Assembly: GCA_951406725.2 (NCBI GenBank)
Contig: OX597823.1
Span: 49,538,001 to 49,602,000 of the forward strand
Length of the DNA: 64,000 nt
Direction: 5' to 3'
DNA from: Octopus vulgaris
Taxonomy: Eukaryota
Shown here one piece after another: positions 13,425 to 24,838 of this stretch; the first letter of the stretch is position 1; each line of letters begins with the position of its first letter. The translations under genes and the position numbers were made by a program. The notes under the pieces are model-generated. The model was not told the origin of the DNA. It worked only from the letters and a program-made list of their open reading frames with translations, and searched no databases.

Positions 13425-13827
13425 AGACAACTGACAAGTCCCTTAACCCCTTGGGGGTCGTTGGGGCACTGCAGCCATGCAGTGTATCTAGGGCTAGAAG
13501 GCCTGGCGGAACCCATCCCTCTCCATGCTAAACTCACTTCTATGGTTGAGTGGACTGGAACAACATGAAATGAAGTGTTTTGCTCAAGAACACAACACAT
13601 TGCCTGATCCAGAAACTGAAACCACAATCTTACAGTTATGAATCCAACACCCTAACCACTAAGCAATGCACCTCCCCTAGTGGTGCTAATTTCTATGGCT
13701 GAGTGGACTGGAGCAATGTGAAGTGGAGTGTTTTTGGTCAAGAACAACGCATCACCCAGTCCAGTGATCGAAACCAGAATCTTATGATTGTGAGTTCAAC
13801 ACGCTAACCACTAAGCCACGCACCTCC
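13425..13827 (-). mobile_element. two tandem SINE family C copies (second truncated)
   Basis: The block GAGTGGACTGGA.CAA..TGAA.TG.AGTGTTTT..TCAAGAACA..CTAACCACTAAGC occurs twice. Confidence 0.75.
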
Positions 13828-14142
13828 TACAGCATTATAGAAAACGTGTCTAGATGATCCTTTACTGATGCCACTTCCTTAAGAAAGAGCCTTTATATCA
13901 GAGTTAAACAACCTATGGTCTGCAGGCCAGATCTGACCCACAAACAAATATTGGGATATTATACTTATCTGGTACAAATTTTCTTTATTCTAAGTGTTTA
14001 CATGATTTCATTCATGTATCATGGAAGGGGTATTTTTATATTGGCCTCAAGTTCTGATATGTTATACACCAAACACTGGTATATAAAAACCTTAGGGTGT
14101 AGGACCACCTTATTAATATGAGTGCACATTTTCAGATGTGAC

Positions 14143-14356
14143 TCTTTTACTTTTTTACTTGTTTCAGTCATTTGACTGTGACCATGCTGGAGCACTGCCT
14201 TTGGTTGAGCAAATCAACCCTAGGACTTATTCTTTATAAGCCTAGTACTAATTCTATCAGTCTCTTTTGCTGAACTGCTAAGTTATGGGAATGTAAATCA
14301 CCAGCATCGGTTGTCAAGCGATGTTAGTGGGGGACAAACACACACACACATACATA

Positions 14357-14398
<42 letters not shown>

Positions 14399-14620
14399 TA
14401 TAAGGCGAGTTGGCAGAAACGTTAGCATGCCGGGCGAAATGCGTAGCTATATTTAGTCTGCCATTACGTTCCGAGTTCAAATTCGACTTTGCCTTTCATC
14501 CTTTCCGGGTCGATAAATTAAGTACCAGTTACGCACTGGGGGTCGATGTAATCGACTTAATCTGTTTGTCTGTCCTTGTTTGTCCCCTCTGTGTTTAGTC
14601 CCTTGTGGGTTGTAAAAGAA

Positions 14621-14655
<35 letters not shown>

Positions 14656-14814
14656 TACAACAAGCTTCTTTCAGTTTCCGTCTACCAAATCCACTCACAA
14701 GGCTTTGGTCGGCCCAAGGCTATAGTGGTAGACACTCACCCAAGGTCCCTCACAGTGGCACTAAACTCAGAACCATGTGGTTTGTAAGCAAGCTACTTAC
14801 CACACAGCCACTCT
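14143..14814 (-). mobile_element. SINE family A interrupted in its internal (TA)n by a family B SINE
   Basis: Tail half at 14143-14400 and head half at 14625-14814 are collinear with family A. Confidence 0.85.
14403..14622 (+). mobile_element. SINE family B (young)
   Basis: Closely matches 4950-5182. Confidence 0.9.
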
Positions 14815-15199
14815 TATATGTTCAAATTTGTTAGCAAAAACCGTATTATTTTGTTTTAACAAAAAATCCACTAATTATTACCTGCTCAAAAGAGAAAATA
14901 TAATTTTAGTAAGGTGTGTATTTTGTCAACTCTTTTGTGCTTAAATGCAATTCATATGCAATTGATTTCTAGGAATATTAAGGATTAATCTTCCTTTTCT
15001 TTGTCCATCGCATAGTGATGCTCCTTCAGATTTAGTGATTAAAACTTCTGCTAAAGCAAGTTTATGCACTGTCATATGACTTTTTTTTTAATATCTCTTG
15101 AAATAAGAAGCTATCAGATGAACCAGATAATTACAGATGCAATGATACATATAAAGTAATTCAAGGTTTTGAAATAAAATCAATGGAAAAATTACCATG

Positions 15200-17122
15200 G
15201 ATATGAATGCAAAAACAAAAATAGAACACAAATGTAGATTCTGCCAAAATTTTCAGGATATTTGGGTACAAAATTACTTCTTTATGAAGCACAGTGGGAA
15301 ACCTGTTTGTCTCATCTGCCTAGAAAATGGTACTATGAAGACTAGTAAATACCAGGTGACGTTATAAAATCTGCCTTAGTAGAAATTTTGTCAAGTTTAT
15401 TGAGCTGGTAAGGAGAGATGAAGCTGAGCAATTGGAAGCTAGTTTCAGAAAGCTAATACCACTTCTTATGGTATAAATGAAAGAAATATTTGTGCCAAGA
15501 AAAAATTTTCAAAATGTTGTGCAGAAAAGTTGAAGTTTTTTTTCGCAGATGGAGAGTTTGTCAAAGAATGCTTGCTGGTAGTAGCAGATATAGTTTATCC
15601 TGAAGAGAAATCTTTATTTGCATATACCAGTCTGTTTGCAAGATTGATCACATGACAAGTTGAAGAAATGTCAGCAGATGTTAAAACTTGTCTGAGGGAC
15701 ACTTGCAACCAACTGCAATTTTTTTTTAATTGCACTTGATGAGAGTACAAACTTGAGAGACACTGTTCAACTTGCTAAGTTTGTGCAGGCAGTGACCTTA
15801 AATTTTCAAATTTTTTAAGAGTTTATAGAATTAATTTCTATGAAGGATAAGGTTAGTGGAGCAGATATTTTGTGGGGTTTTGTTAAAAATAATGTCAGAA
15901 ATGAAATTTGACTTGTCAAAGCTAACTGACATCACTCCTAATGGGTAGTAGTGGGATAGTGAAAAGGCATAATCACATTGCTGCAAGGACAATAGAAAGC
16001 CTTGAAATTATGTATAAAATATCAAGAGACATTATGTACCAAGTCTTTGGAATTAAAGAATGTTATAGACACTGTTGTGAAATTAATAAATCTGATCCTG
16101 GATTGAATCATCATCAGTTTCAGCAGCTTTTATTGGAGACAGGGGCAGAATATGGAGATCTGCTATATTTCTTCACTATTTTCACTAAGGGTCAATACTA
16201 GAAAGAGTATTTGCATTGCATAAAGTGGTGGCAACATTCCTCAAGAGGCAGCGAGCTGGCAGAATCATTAGCATGCCAAGCAAAACGCTCAGTGGCATTT
16301 CACTCATCTTTACATTATGAGTTCAAATTCTGCTGAGGTCAACTTTGCCTCTCATCCTTTTGGGGTCAGTGAAATAGTACCAGTTGAAAACTGTGGTCAA
16401 TGTTATTGATTGGTCCTCTTCCCTAATTTTGCTGGCCCTATCCCAAAATTTGAAATTTATAATCCCCAAGAGCGAAAATGCTAGTGTTTCTCGATTTTTG
16501 TGATCCTGCTTGGCTTGCAACTTTGGCAGTTCCTGTGGACATTACATCTCATTTCAATGACTTGAATTTACAACTTTAGTGGAAATAATTAGCAGATACA
16601 TGATATGTAAGTTGTGACACTTGTAATAAAACTGCAATTGAAGAAATTATAATTTCAGAAAGGCATTTTTGTGAATATGGTCTAAGAATTAAAAAAGGAG
16701 CTTTCATCATATTTTGCTGATGCATTGCAAATGCAGTCAAGCTATTTGCTAACATCACTTGATGTGCAAGTGGACACTGCATTAGAAAATTATCAAATGA
16801 AATTGATTAAGATGCAGAATGATGATACTGAGGTCAAAATTTCATTCTGATGATGTATCAAGGCTTGACATTTATAGAAAATCTATTCATCCAAATGGGA
16901 AATATCCAAACTAAGTTATCCATACGGAAAAAAGATTGCATCATTGTTTGGCAGCACATATCTGTGAAAGTAATTATTTTCAAAAATGAAAGCACACCAA
17001 GAAACATTTGAGACCAAAATTAACTAATGCCCATCTGGATAATGTCTTGCTATTGGCATTAACAAGTCTGACACCCAATATAGAACTTTTAAGCAACAAA
17101 CAGTATCAAGTTTCACTATGAT
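15200..17122 (+). pseudogene. hAT transposase pseudogene (GTF2IRD2/EPM2AIP1/SPIN-like)
   Basis: Manual translation across stops and frameshifts gives FQDIWVQNYFFMKHSGKPVCLIC, FADGEFVKECLL, IALDESTNLRDTVQLAKFV, GLNHHQFQQLLLETGAEYGDLLYF, WLATLAVPVDITSHFNDLNLQL and LFGSTYL..LFSKMK..LTNAHLDNVLLLA..KQYQVSL* (hAT C-terminal dimerisation region). Confidence 0.9.
16246..16460 (+). mobile_element. SINE family B inserted in the hAT transposase
   Basis: Family B head and core, with imperfect TSD ATTCCTCAAGAG / AATCCCCAAGAG (10/12). Confidence 0.8.
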
Positions 17123-17512
17123 TCATTTATTGTTTACATTAAAATTGATATTTTCCTTTAGTTTATTATTCATAATTTACCATGATTCAATGCATCATAT
17201 TTATACTTTTTTTTACTTTAAAAATTTGTTGTGTCTTTTTAAAATATTCAAAAATTGCCCTAATAAATTGTTACTAAATTGAGTTCTTTGAATAATTGAT
17301 ACCCTTTGCTAAGCATGTGTTATTCATTGATTTGAAGTAAAATATATCTAGATGTAGTTTAAAAGAATAACTCATATTTCAAATATTTTTATGGCATTTA
17401 TCTTGCTCACAGTTGCAAAGAGGTTGTTGACCACTAATATATGTGGTCACCTAACCTGCTAGAAACACCATCCAAATCTTCCTCAAATTACACTCTCCTG
17501 TCATCACCACCT

Positions 17513-17723
17513 TCTAGCATTTAAACTGGCCATATGCAGCCCAAATATTTATGTTCAAACCGGCCAGATTCAGCCTCTCACACCTGCCCTACAATGTCAT
17601 TGTAAAAGTAAACCATCATTCCATTGAAATCTCAATACTATGAGATAATGCATGATTGATTCTAAACAATGTGAATAAATAAGCATTACATTTGACAGAG
17701 TAATCTAAATGATAGAGGGTTAA
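17513..17723 (+). mobile_element. MITE-1
   Basis: TAGCATTTAAACTGGCCATAT..AATGATAGAGGGTTAA. Confidence 0.75.
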
Positions 17724-18464
17724 AAAATGTACATAATTGTATAATGTTTGGCAGAGGTCCTTTTCTATAGCATCTTAAAAATATAAATAACTGTTTCCTT
17801 TTTGTAGCTGGTGGCTTTGTAGTTCCAAAAATAAAATGATTGGTAGTTTTTTTTTTTTTTTGTTTTTTTGCCTCATTCCATACTCTGATCTGCTTTAACT
17901 CACTTGAAAATTTATGTGAAGAATTATTAATGTTCATATAAGCCTGATATTTGCACAGATAAAAACTTCTTACAAGTAGTTCTAGATACCCTATGTAAAA
18001 GACAGGATGGTCACTGCTAGACTACTTTTGTTCATAAGTTTGCTCAGCTGAGATTGAATTAGAACTCAACACTCTGACACTAAATCATTTAAGGAATACA
18101 GTTGCAACACTTCACTCTGTTATCTCCACTTTTTCATTTTATATACTATCATTATATTTTCAGGCAATATACTATAATGTATCCTTCTTTACTGTTAAAC
18201 TTTATATTTCTACTTTAAGAAATTATTGTCTTATTTGTAATATAAATTGCAATTTATTGCTATCCCTAAAGCGATAAGTGATATAGTCACATTAATTTTT
18301 TATGTAAAAAAAAAAAAAACTATGTAAAAAAGAAATTCTTTTTTTTTTGTTCATTTGTTCATGACTTTTAGTTGTTCTTCCCCTCTCACATTAGAGAAAT
18401 TAAAAGATAATACCATAATACCTTAGAATGTTCTTTTAAGAAAAAGAGTGATGGTAAAGACATT

Positions 18465-18892
18465 GATATGTGGTAAGAAGCTTGTTTCTCAATCACGTTG
18501 TTCTGGGTTCAGTCCCAGTATATGACACCCTGGGCAAGTGTTATCTACTTTAGCTTCAGGCTAACCAAAGCCTTGTGAGTGGATTTGATAGACGGAAACT
18601 GAAAGAAGCTCATCCTATATATATTTATATGTATGTATGTATGTATGATTGTATGTGTGTGTCTGTGTCTTTGTGTCTGTTTGTCCCCCCAGCATCATAT
18701 GACAACCAGTATTGCAGTGTTTAAGTCTCTATAACTTAACAGTTTAACAAATGAGACTGACAGAATAAGTACCAGGCTTAAAAAAGAAAAAAAAAAGTAC
18801 TGGGCTTGGTTCAATCAACCAAAATTTCTTCAAGCCAGTGCCCCAACATGGCCACTGTCTAATGACTCAAACAGCTAAAAGATGAAAGATAA
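18465..18892 (+). mobile_element. SINE family A
   Basis: TGTGGTAAGAAGCTTG..GGGTTCAGTCCC..CCCTGGGCAAGTG, internal (TATG)n and the family A tail. Confidence 0.85.
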
Positions 18893-19266
18893 TCCTTTCT
18901 AAAATGGTTGCTTGTGGGTTAAATGAAATTAGTCACCTTTTTACTTTGCCTGAAAAACAAATACTTTATGATGCTTTGGATGAGAATGAGAAATGAAATT
19001 GTAAGATACTTTCATTTCATGAACATTAAAAAGTGGGGAAGACATTGCTGATAACCGTTCGCAAAGCAGATTGGAAAAAGACGCTGATTTAAAAACAGAT
19101 GAGAGGGAAGGGTAAGGCATTCTGATAAAGAAAACAAAACTGATGGAAAAACAGCAGCTTGACAACAATGGCAGGCAGCAACTTTAAGTGCAGTCACTAC
19201 AACCGGGGTTGTTGTTCACATGTGGGTCTTTATAGTCACAGCAGATGCTACTCTGCCAAACAAGAC

Positions 19267-19488
19267 TTAAGCCTTTAGCATTTGAACCAGCCCAAATATT
19301 CTACCTGTTTTATGTAGAATAAAACTGGCCAGATCTGGCTCCTCACACCAACCCTACATTGTCATTCTAAAAGTAACAGTTTGCCTCTTCAAAATCTCAA
19401 AGCTACAACATAATGCATGATTAATTCAAAAGAATGAGAATAAATATGCATTGCTTTTGACCTAATAATGTGAATGATAAAGGGTTAA
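19267..19488 (+). mobile_element. MITE-1 with TTAA at both ends
   Basis: TTAA-GCCTTTAGCATT ... AATGATAAAGGG-TTAA forms terminal inverted repeats. Confidence 0.8.
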
Positions 19489-21239
19489 GCAAAACTTACT
19501 AGGCACAGATCCAAGGTCTTGTAAGACTAACAGATGCCTCCAATACATGTGTGTATGCTTTATTTTTCAGGCATCAACTAATAGATATCAAAAGTGTCAG
19601 GCAATAATATATACATAAAAACAATTGGACTCTATGGATACATTATGCAAACATGGAGTAAGAAAAAAATGCCTAGATATGGAAAGAGATTGTGCCTGAA
19701 GTAAAATTAAGCTAAAAGTAGAATAAGGGTGTGTTATATGAGAACTTTAAGGGAAAGAAATTTGTGCATCTCAAATAGAATAGCATTGTGTCAGGTGAGG
19801 ACAAAAGAAAGAATGTTGTATTGCAGACTCATCTAGCCAATGGCAGCATAGAGAAACTGATCTTGGTTATGATGATGATAATGGTGATGATTTTGTTTGG
19901 CCTTTTTATTATTCAGCCTATCACAATTGTTTATTTGGTCAGTAAATAAGTTGGTGTATATGAAATAGAAACTATAAACTATAGCCATTGATTCGTCATT
20001 ATATTGTTTGGCAGTGGTCTTTTGCTGTAGCATCTTAAAAATACAAATGACTGTTTCTTTACTGTAGCTGATGGTCCTACAGCTTCCAAAAATAGAATGA
20101 TTGGAGCAAGATTGGGTTTACTGATTTTATACTTTGATCTGCTATAACTTAGTTGAAAAAAAAAAAATGTATGGAAAGAATTATTTGGTGTCCATATAAG
20201 CCTGGCATTAACACAGATAAGACTTCTTGCATGTAATACTTTTGAAATAGAGAAATCAGTTGCCAAGATAGCAGTTGTGATTATGAGTTGGGTGTTCTTT
20301 GATGCAAGCTCAATTTTAATAGAGTAGAAAGTTAAAAAAAAAAAAAGTGAGAGAGAAAAATACATGTATGCACACAGACTATAAAACATTATTCTATTGT
20401 TTTGACTCTTCTACTTCCATATAATAAAAAGATTTTTTTTTATTCTCTCTTTTTTATTTATTTATTTTTTTACCTGATAATGCTGCTTCAGAAATTATTT
20501 CTGTGAATCTAGTCATCTTTGTAATGATCTGCAAACCAACTTATTGAAGCTTATTTCACCTAATTCATGCCTTCATGCCCTGCATAACATTACTGTTTTC
20601 ATATCATCTCAGTAACCATAAGCTTGTCTCTCTCCTTCTCTCTCTTCTCCCCTTCTCTCTCTCTCTCTCTCACACACACACATAGGTTATTTTTTGAGCA
20701 GTAATGTAGAAAATACCTTACTGACCTACAACTTAGTTTGATTTTTTTTACACTAGTAATAATTTTGGATATGATTTTTTATTAAATAAATCTCAGTGAA
20801 TTATATGACTGCAATTAATGTTTTCCAAATAATAAATTCCAGTTTAGATATATTTTTATGAATCGCTTATTACCATTTCAAAGAAATGTGCGTAAAAGAA
20901 ACTTTGGTAAAAGCCTTATGACAATATAAGGGATTTCATTGTAATTTATTGATCTGCATCCAACATTTAGAACCTTGATAGCCAATAGGATGTTGCAACT
21001 TATATTCTATTCTTGGCAGGATATATCTACTTTCCATTTTCCTTCTAACAAGAAGGAAGGACTGATCTTTTCATGAATAAATATATTTTTCTTTGCCTAT
21101 TGAGATTTCTTGGTAGAATTTCAAGTAACACTATTATTCTGTAGAGTATCATATAAAAATAGTCCATCTTTAATGTAGAACAATGTTATGTCTAAACTGC
21201 ATCGGTGTGTGGTTGTTTAGATTCTGTTTTGGTGCTGCA

Positions 21240-21560
21240 ATCATCATCATCATTATCATCATCGTTTAACGTCCGTTTTCCATGCTAGCATGGGTTGGAC
21301 GGTTCAACTGGGGTCTGGGAAGCCAGAAGGCTGTGCCAGGCCCAGTCTGATCTGGCAGTGTTTCTACGGCTGGATGCCCTTCCTAACGCCAACCACTCTG
21401 TGAGTGTAGTGGGTGCTTTTTACGTGCCACCTGCATAGGTGCTAGACGAGGCTGGCAAACGGCCACGATCGGGTGGTGCTTTTCATGTCCCACCGGCACA
21501 GGGGCCAGACGAGGCTGGCAATGGCCCGGGGGCCAGACAAGGCTGGCAACGGCCAGACGA
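21240..21560 (-). mobile_element. RTE 3' end with tandem units
   Basis: Closely matches 5798-6120. Confidence 0.8.
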
Positions 21561-21634
21561 ATCAAAATATTGCAGATTATTTTAAATTGCAAACTGTGGT
21601 GCTGGTGCATTCTGTTAGTGCTGTTAGTGATCTT

Positions 21635-22080
21635 GTTGGTGATGGCACCACTTAAAAAGCATGAGTGCTGGTACCATGTAAAACACACTGGCAATGGTGT
21701 CACATTAAAAGCACTGATGCTCATGCCATGTAAAATGTACTGGTGAGGATGCCATGTTAAGATCACTGGTGATGGCACCATGTAAAGAGTACTAGTGATG
21801 CTACCACATGAAGAGCACTAGTGATGGTGCCACGTGAAGAGTACTAGTGATGGTACCACATAAAGAGTACTGGTGATGATGCCATGTAAAAAGCTCTAGT
21901 GCTGGTGCCATATTAAAAATACATCCAGTACACTCTAAAGTGGTTGGCATTAGGAATGGCATCCAGCTGTAGAGACCCTGCCAAAATAGACTTGAACCTG
22001 GTGTGGGTCCTGGCCTTGCCAGCTTCTGTCAAACCATCTAACTCAGGCCAGCATTGAAAACGGACATTAAATGATGATGC
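21635..22080 (+). mobile_element. RTE 3' end preceded by a ~24-bp tandem array
   Basis: About 11-12 units of GTGATGGTRCCAYRTAAARAGYACTR, then the conserved tail and (TGA)n. Confidence 0.8.
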
Positions 22081-22244
22081 TTGATAAGGTGATTGTCAGT
22101 TTAATTGTTGCTCACTACTTTGAGTTTTAAATGTTTTCACTCAAAGCATCAAAAGTTACACTCAGTGCCCTTAATGACTAATCACATTTGGTATTTAAAA
22201 AAGAAAAACCTTGTGCTACCATGGTGCAAGTTTATTTATTTATT

Positions 22245-22246
<2 letters not shown>

Positions 22247-22276
<30 letters not shown>

Positions 22277-22322
22277 TGTATGTATGTATGTATGTATGTA
22301 TGTATGTATGTATGTATGTATG

Positions 22323-22353
<31 letters not shown>

Positions 22354-22504
22354 GTCAGTATGTATGTATGTATGTATGTATGTATGTATGTATGTATGTA
22401 TGTATGTATGTATGTATGTATGTATGTATGTATGATGTATGTATGTATGTATGTATGTATGTATGTATGTATGTATGTATGTATGTATGTATGTATGTAT
22501 GTAT
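22247..22504. repeat. (TATG)n microsatellite, ~260 bp
   Basis: Long, nearly perfect tetranucleotide array with two interruptions. Confidence 0.97.
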
Positions 22505-22796
22505 TGGGTGAGTATACATTTCAAAAATCCAATCATCACCATCAGGTCACAGTCAGTACTTTTGTTGTTGTTTGAAGTTACTCCTCTACTAGAAGTGTCA
22601 AGAAGCAACATCTTATTCAGATGTTTTATATACCATGGCATCTATGGCTGGATGCCCTTCATAACATCAGCCACTTTACAATGTACTGAGTGGATTATAT
22701 CATCATGCCAGTACTGGGAGGTTGTTGTGTTCTTAATAAAGCAGGACTAAAGTGTCATAATTTAAGACCTATCATAATTTTATCTTCTTTTAAGTT

Positions 22797-23236
22797 CAAA
22801 GAGCACCATCCGAGTGTGTTCGTTGCCAGGGCCGCTGACTGGTTCCCGTACCGGTGGCACATAAAAAGCACAATTCGAACATGATCATTACCAGCGTTGC
22901 CTTACTGGGACTTGTGCCAGTGGCACGTGAAAAACAACATTTGAGTGAGGTCGTTGCCAGTGCCGCTGGACTGGTTCCTGTGCTGGTGGCACGTAAAAAT
23001 TACCATTTGAGCGTGGCTGTTGCCAGTACCTCCTGACTGGCCCTTGTGCCGGTAGCACATAAAAGTACCCAGTACACTCTCAGAGTGGTTGGCGTTAGGA
23101 AGGGCATCCAGCTGTAGAAACTCTGCTAGATCAGATTGGAGCCAGATGCAGCCATCTGGCTCGCCAGTACTCAGTCAAACCGTCTAACCCATGCCAGCAT
23201 GGAAAGTGGACGTTAAATGATGATAATGATGATGAT
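22797..23236 (+). mobile_element. RTE 3' end preceded by four ~65-bp tandem units
   Basis: Units end in GTGCCGGTGGCACRTAAAAA, followed by the tail GTGGTTGGCGTTAGGAAGGGCATCCAGCTGTAG..(TGA)n. Confidence 0.8.
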
Positions 23237-23242
23237 TTATAT

Positions 23243-23377
23243 TTTCATTGTTTTGAATTAATCATGCATTATCTCATAGCTTTTTCATAGGTATGAGAAA
23301 CCAGATCTGGCCGATTTGAATATAAAACAAGTTGAATACTCAGGCCTGATATGGCTGATATAAATGCTAAAGGGTTA
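23243..23377 (-). mobile_element. MITE-1, internally deleted
   Basis: Ends AAATGCTAAAGGGTTAA and contains CCAGATCTGGCC. Confidence 0.65.
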
Positions 23378-24620
23378 AAAATGAAATTATTATTTTACTA
23401 AAGCATTCCAAATTCTTGATTATTTTTTTTTCAAAATTTAGTGAATCACATAGCATGTGTAGATTGCTAGAAATAGGGTCACAAAAGTGTTAAACAGTAA
23501 AATAATAAGTTTCATTAATTTCTTAATGTAAAATTCATAATAATAGCTACTGCAATGTTTGTTTGTTTTTTGAGGATTTTTTTACCTTCTTTTTAAATCT
23601 CGCCTCAAGTCCCATATCATATTAATAGTAGTAGTGAAGTCTATTTCTCTCATCCTATTAAGCTACCAGCATTAAAGTATATCACCAAGCAAAATCCATT
23701 TGCTATTAAAATACTGTTGCTTCATGTCAGATTCTATATATTGGCCAGTCATGAGTTTTGTTGTTGTTTTTGTTTGTTTGATTTGTTTCGTTTTGTTTTG
23801 TTGTTGTTTTTTTTTATCTTTCTTCAATATTCAGTGCTTGGATAATCTCAGTTGATTGAAGTTTGTTTTTTTGTTTTGTTTTTTTTCTTCGTCTCACTCA
23901 GTTACATATGTGAGGCCATATTGCATTTCTGCTTAGTATGCAGAACACCTACCTGAAGCTTTTTTCTGTTTTTTTTTTCATGGTTATGTTGTCGATGATG
24001 TTGATAATCAGCATTGCTGCATTCTCCCGATTTCTATATGCTCATAATCTTGTCCACTAAGTAGAATATAGTTCCCTGAGAAGGTCCAATAAGACTAAAG
24101 CGTGTTTGTTGCTTTCACCAGTTGGCTTTAAAGACCAGAGCCACTCCAAACTGCATTGTCTGTTTTGTCCAAAAGTGTTTATCAAATGATTGTAGTTGTC
24201 TCCCTTGCCTCTTGTTCTTTTTTTTTTGCTTTTTTTTGTTTTTTCTTTGGTAGATATTAAACGCAGAACTGTACTTTATATTTACTAATTACTTGTATTA
24301 TCTCCCTATATCACAAATGCGATTATCTACCATATTCATATCCAGTGATGTTGGCATGGAAAGAAAGATTTAGACTTACAAAATATTATATTACAAATAA
24401 CTATCCCTTGATATTTCTTTATCATTATCATTATTTTGTTATAAATTCTGTAATACCTGGAGAACTAGAACTGCTCTAATAAATACCATTTGTTTAGAGA
24501 TGTTTTTATACTAACTTGCTTTTTTTTTTAACTTTTATAGTTTGTTTTGAAGCAAGTGTAAATATCCTGACTGATACGATGTATGATTTATCAATATATA
24601 AATGTAGTAAAATTCCAGCA

Positions 24621-24668
<48 letters not shown>

Positions 24669-24751
24669 TTACTTACTTACTTACTTACTTACTTGTAAAT
24701 ACGAAGAGTACCTGACTCTGTATAAATGATCGATGCAAGCATTGGGTTTTA

Positions 24752-24838
24752 TCTTTTACTTGTTTCAGTTGTTCAGCTGCAGCAATTCCAGGGCACCACC
24801 CTAAAGAATTTTTAGTTTAATGAATCAACTCCATTATA
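24752..24838 (-). mobile_element. SINE family A tail fragment (left of the Penelope palindrome)
   Basis: TCTTTTACTTGTTTCAGT..GGGCACCACC..GAATCAACTCCA. Confidence 0.65.

Larger units (their letters stand above)
13899..17436 (+). mobile_element. decayed hAT DNA transposon (Buster/SPIN/GTF2IRD2-like) with nested SINEs
   Basis: Imperfect 16-bp TIRs CAGAGTTAAACAACCT (13899-13914) and AGGTTGTTGACCACTA (17421-17436) match at 12/16. The flanking 8-mers cttTAtat and ataTAtgt share a central TA. A transposase pseudogene lies inside. Confidence 0.65.

Noticed and set aside
22105-22750. ORFs with (MYVC)n or (YIHT)n
   Set aside because: They are read-through of the (TATG)n array.
22797-23070. Regularly spaced GTGCCGGTGGCAC hairpin repeats that resemble a CRISPR array (also 10620-10855 and 21640-21920)
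   Set aside because: The 'spacers' are homologous to each other, so these are tandem units. They abut an RTE tail, the DNA is eukaryotic and no cas genes are present.
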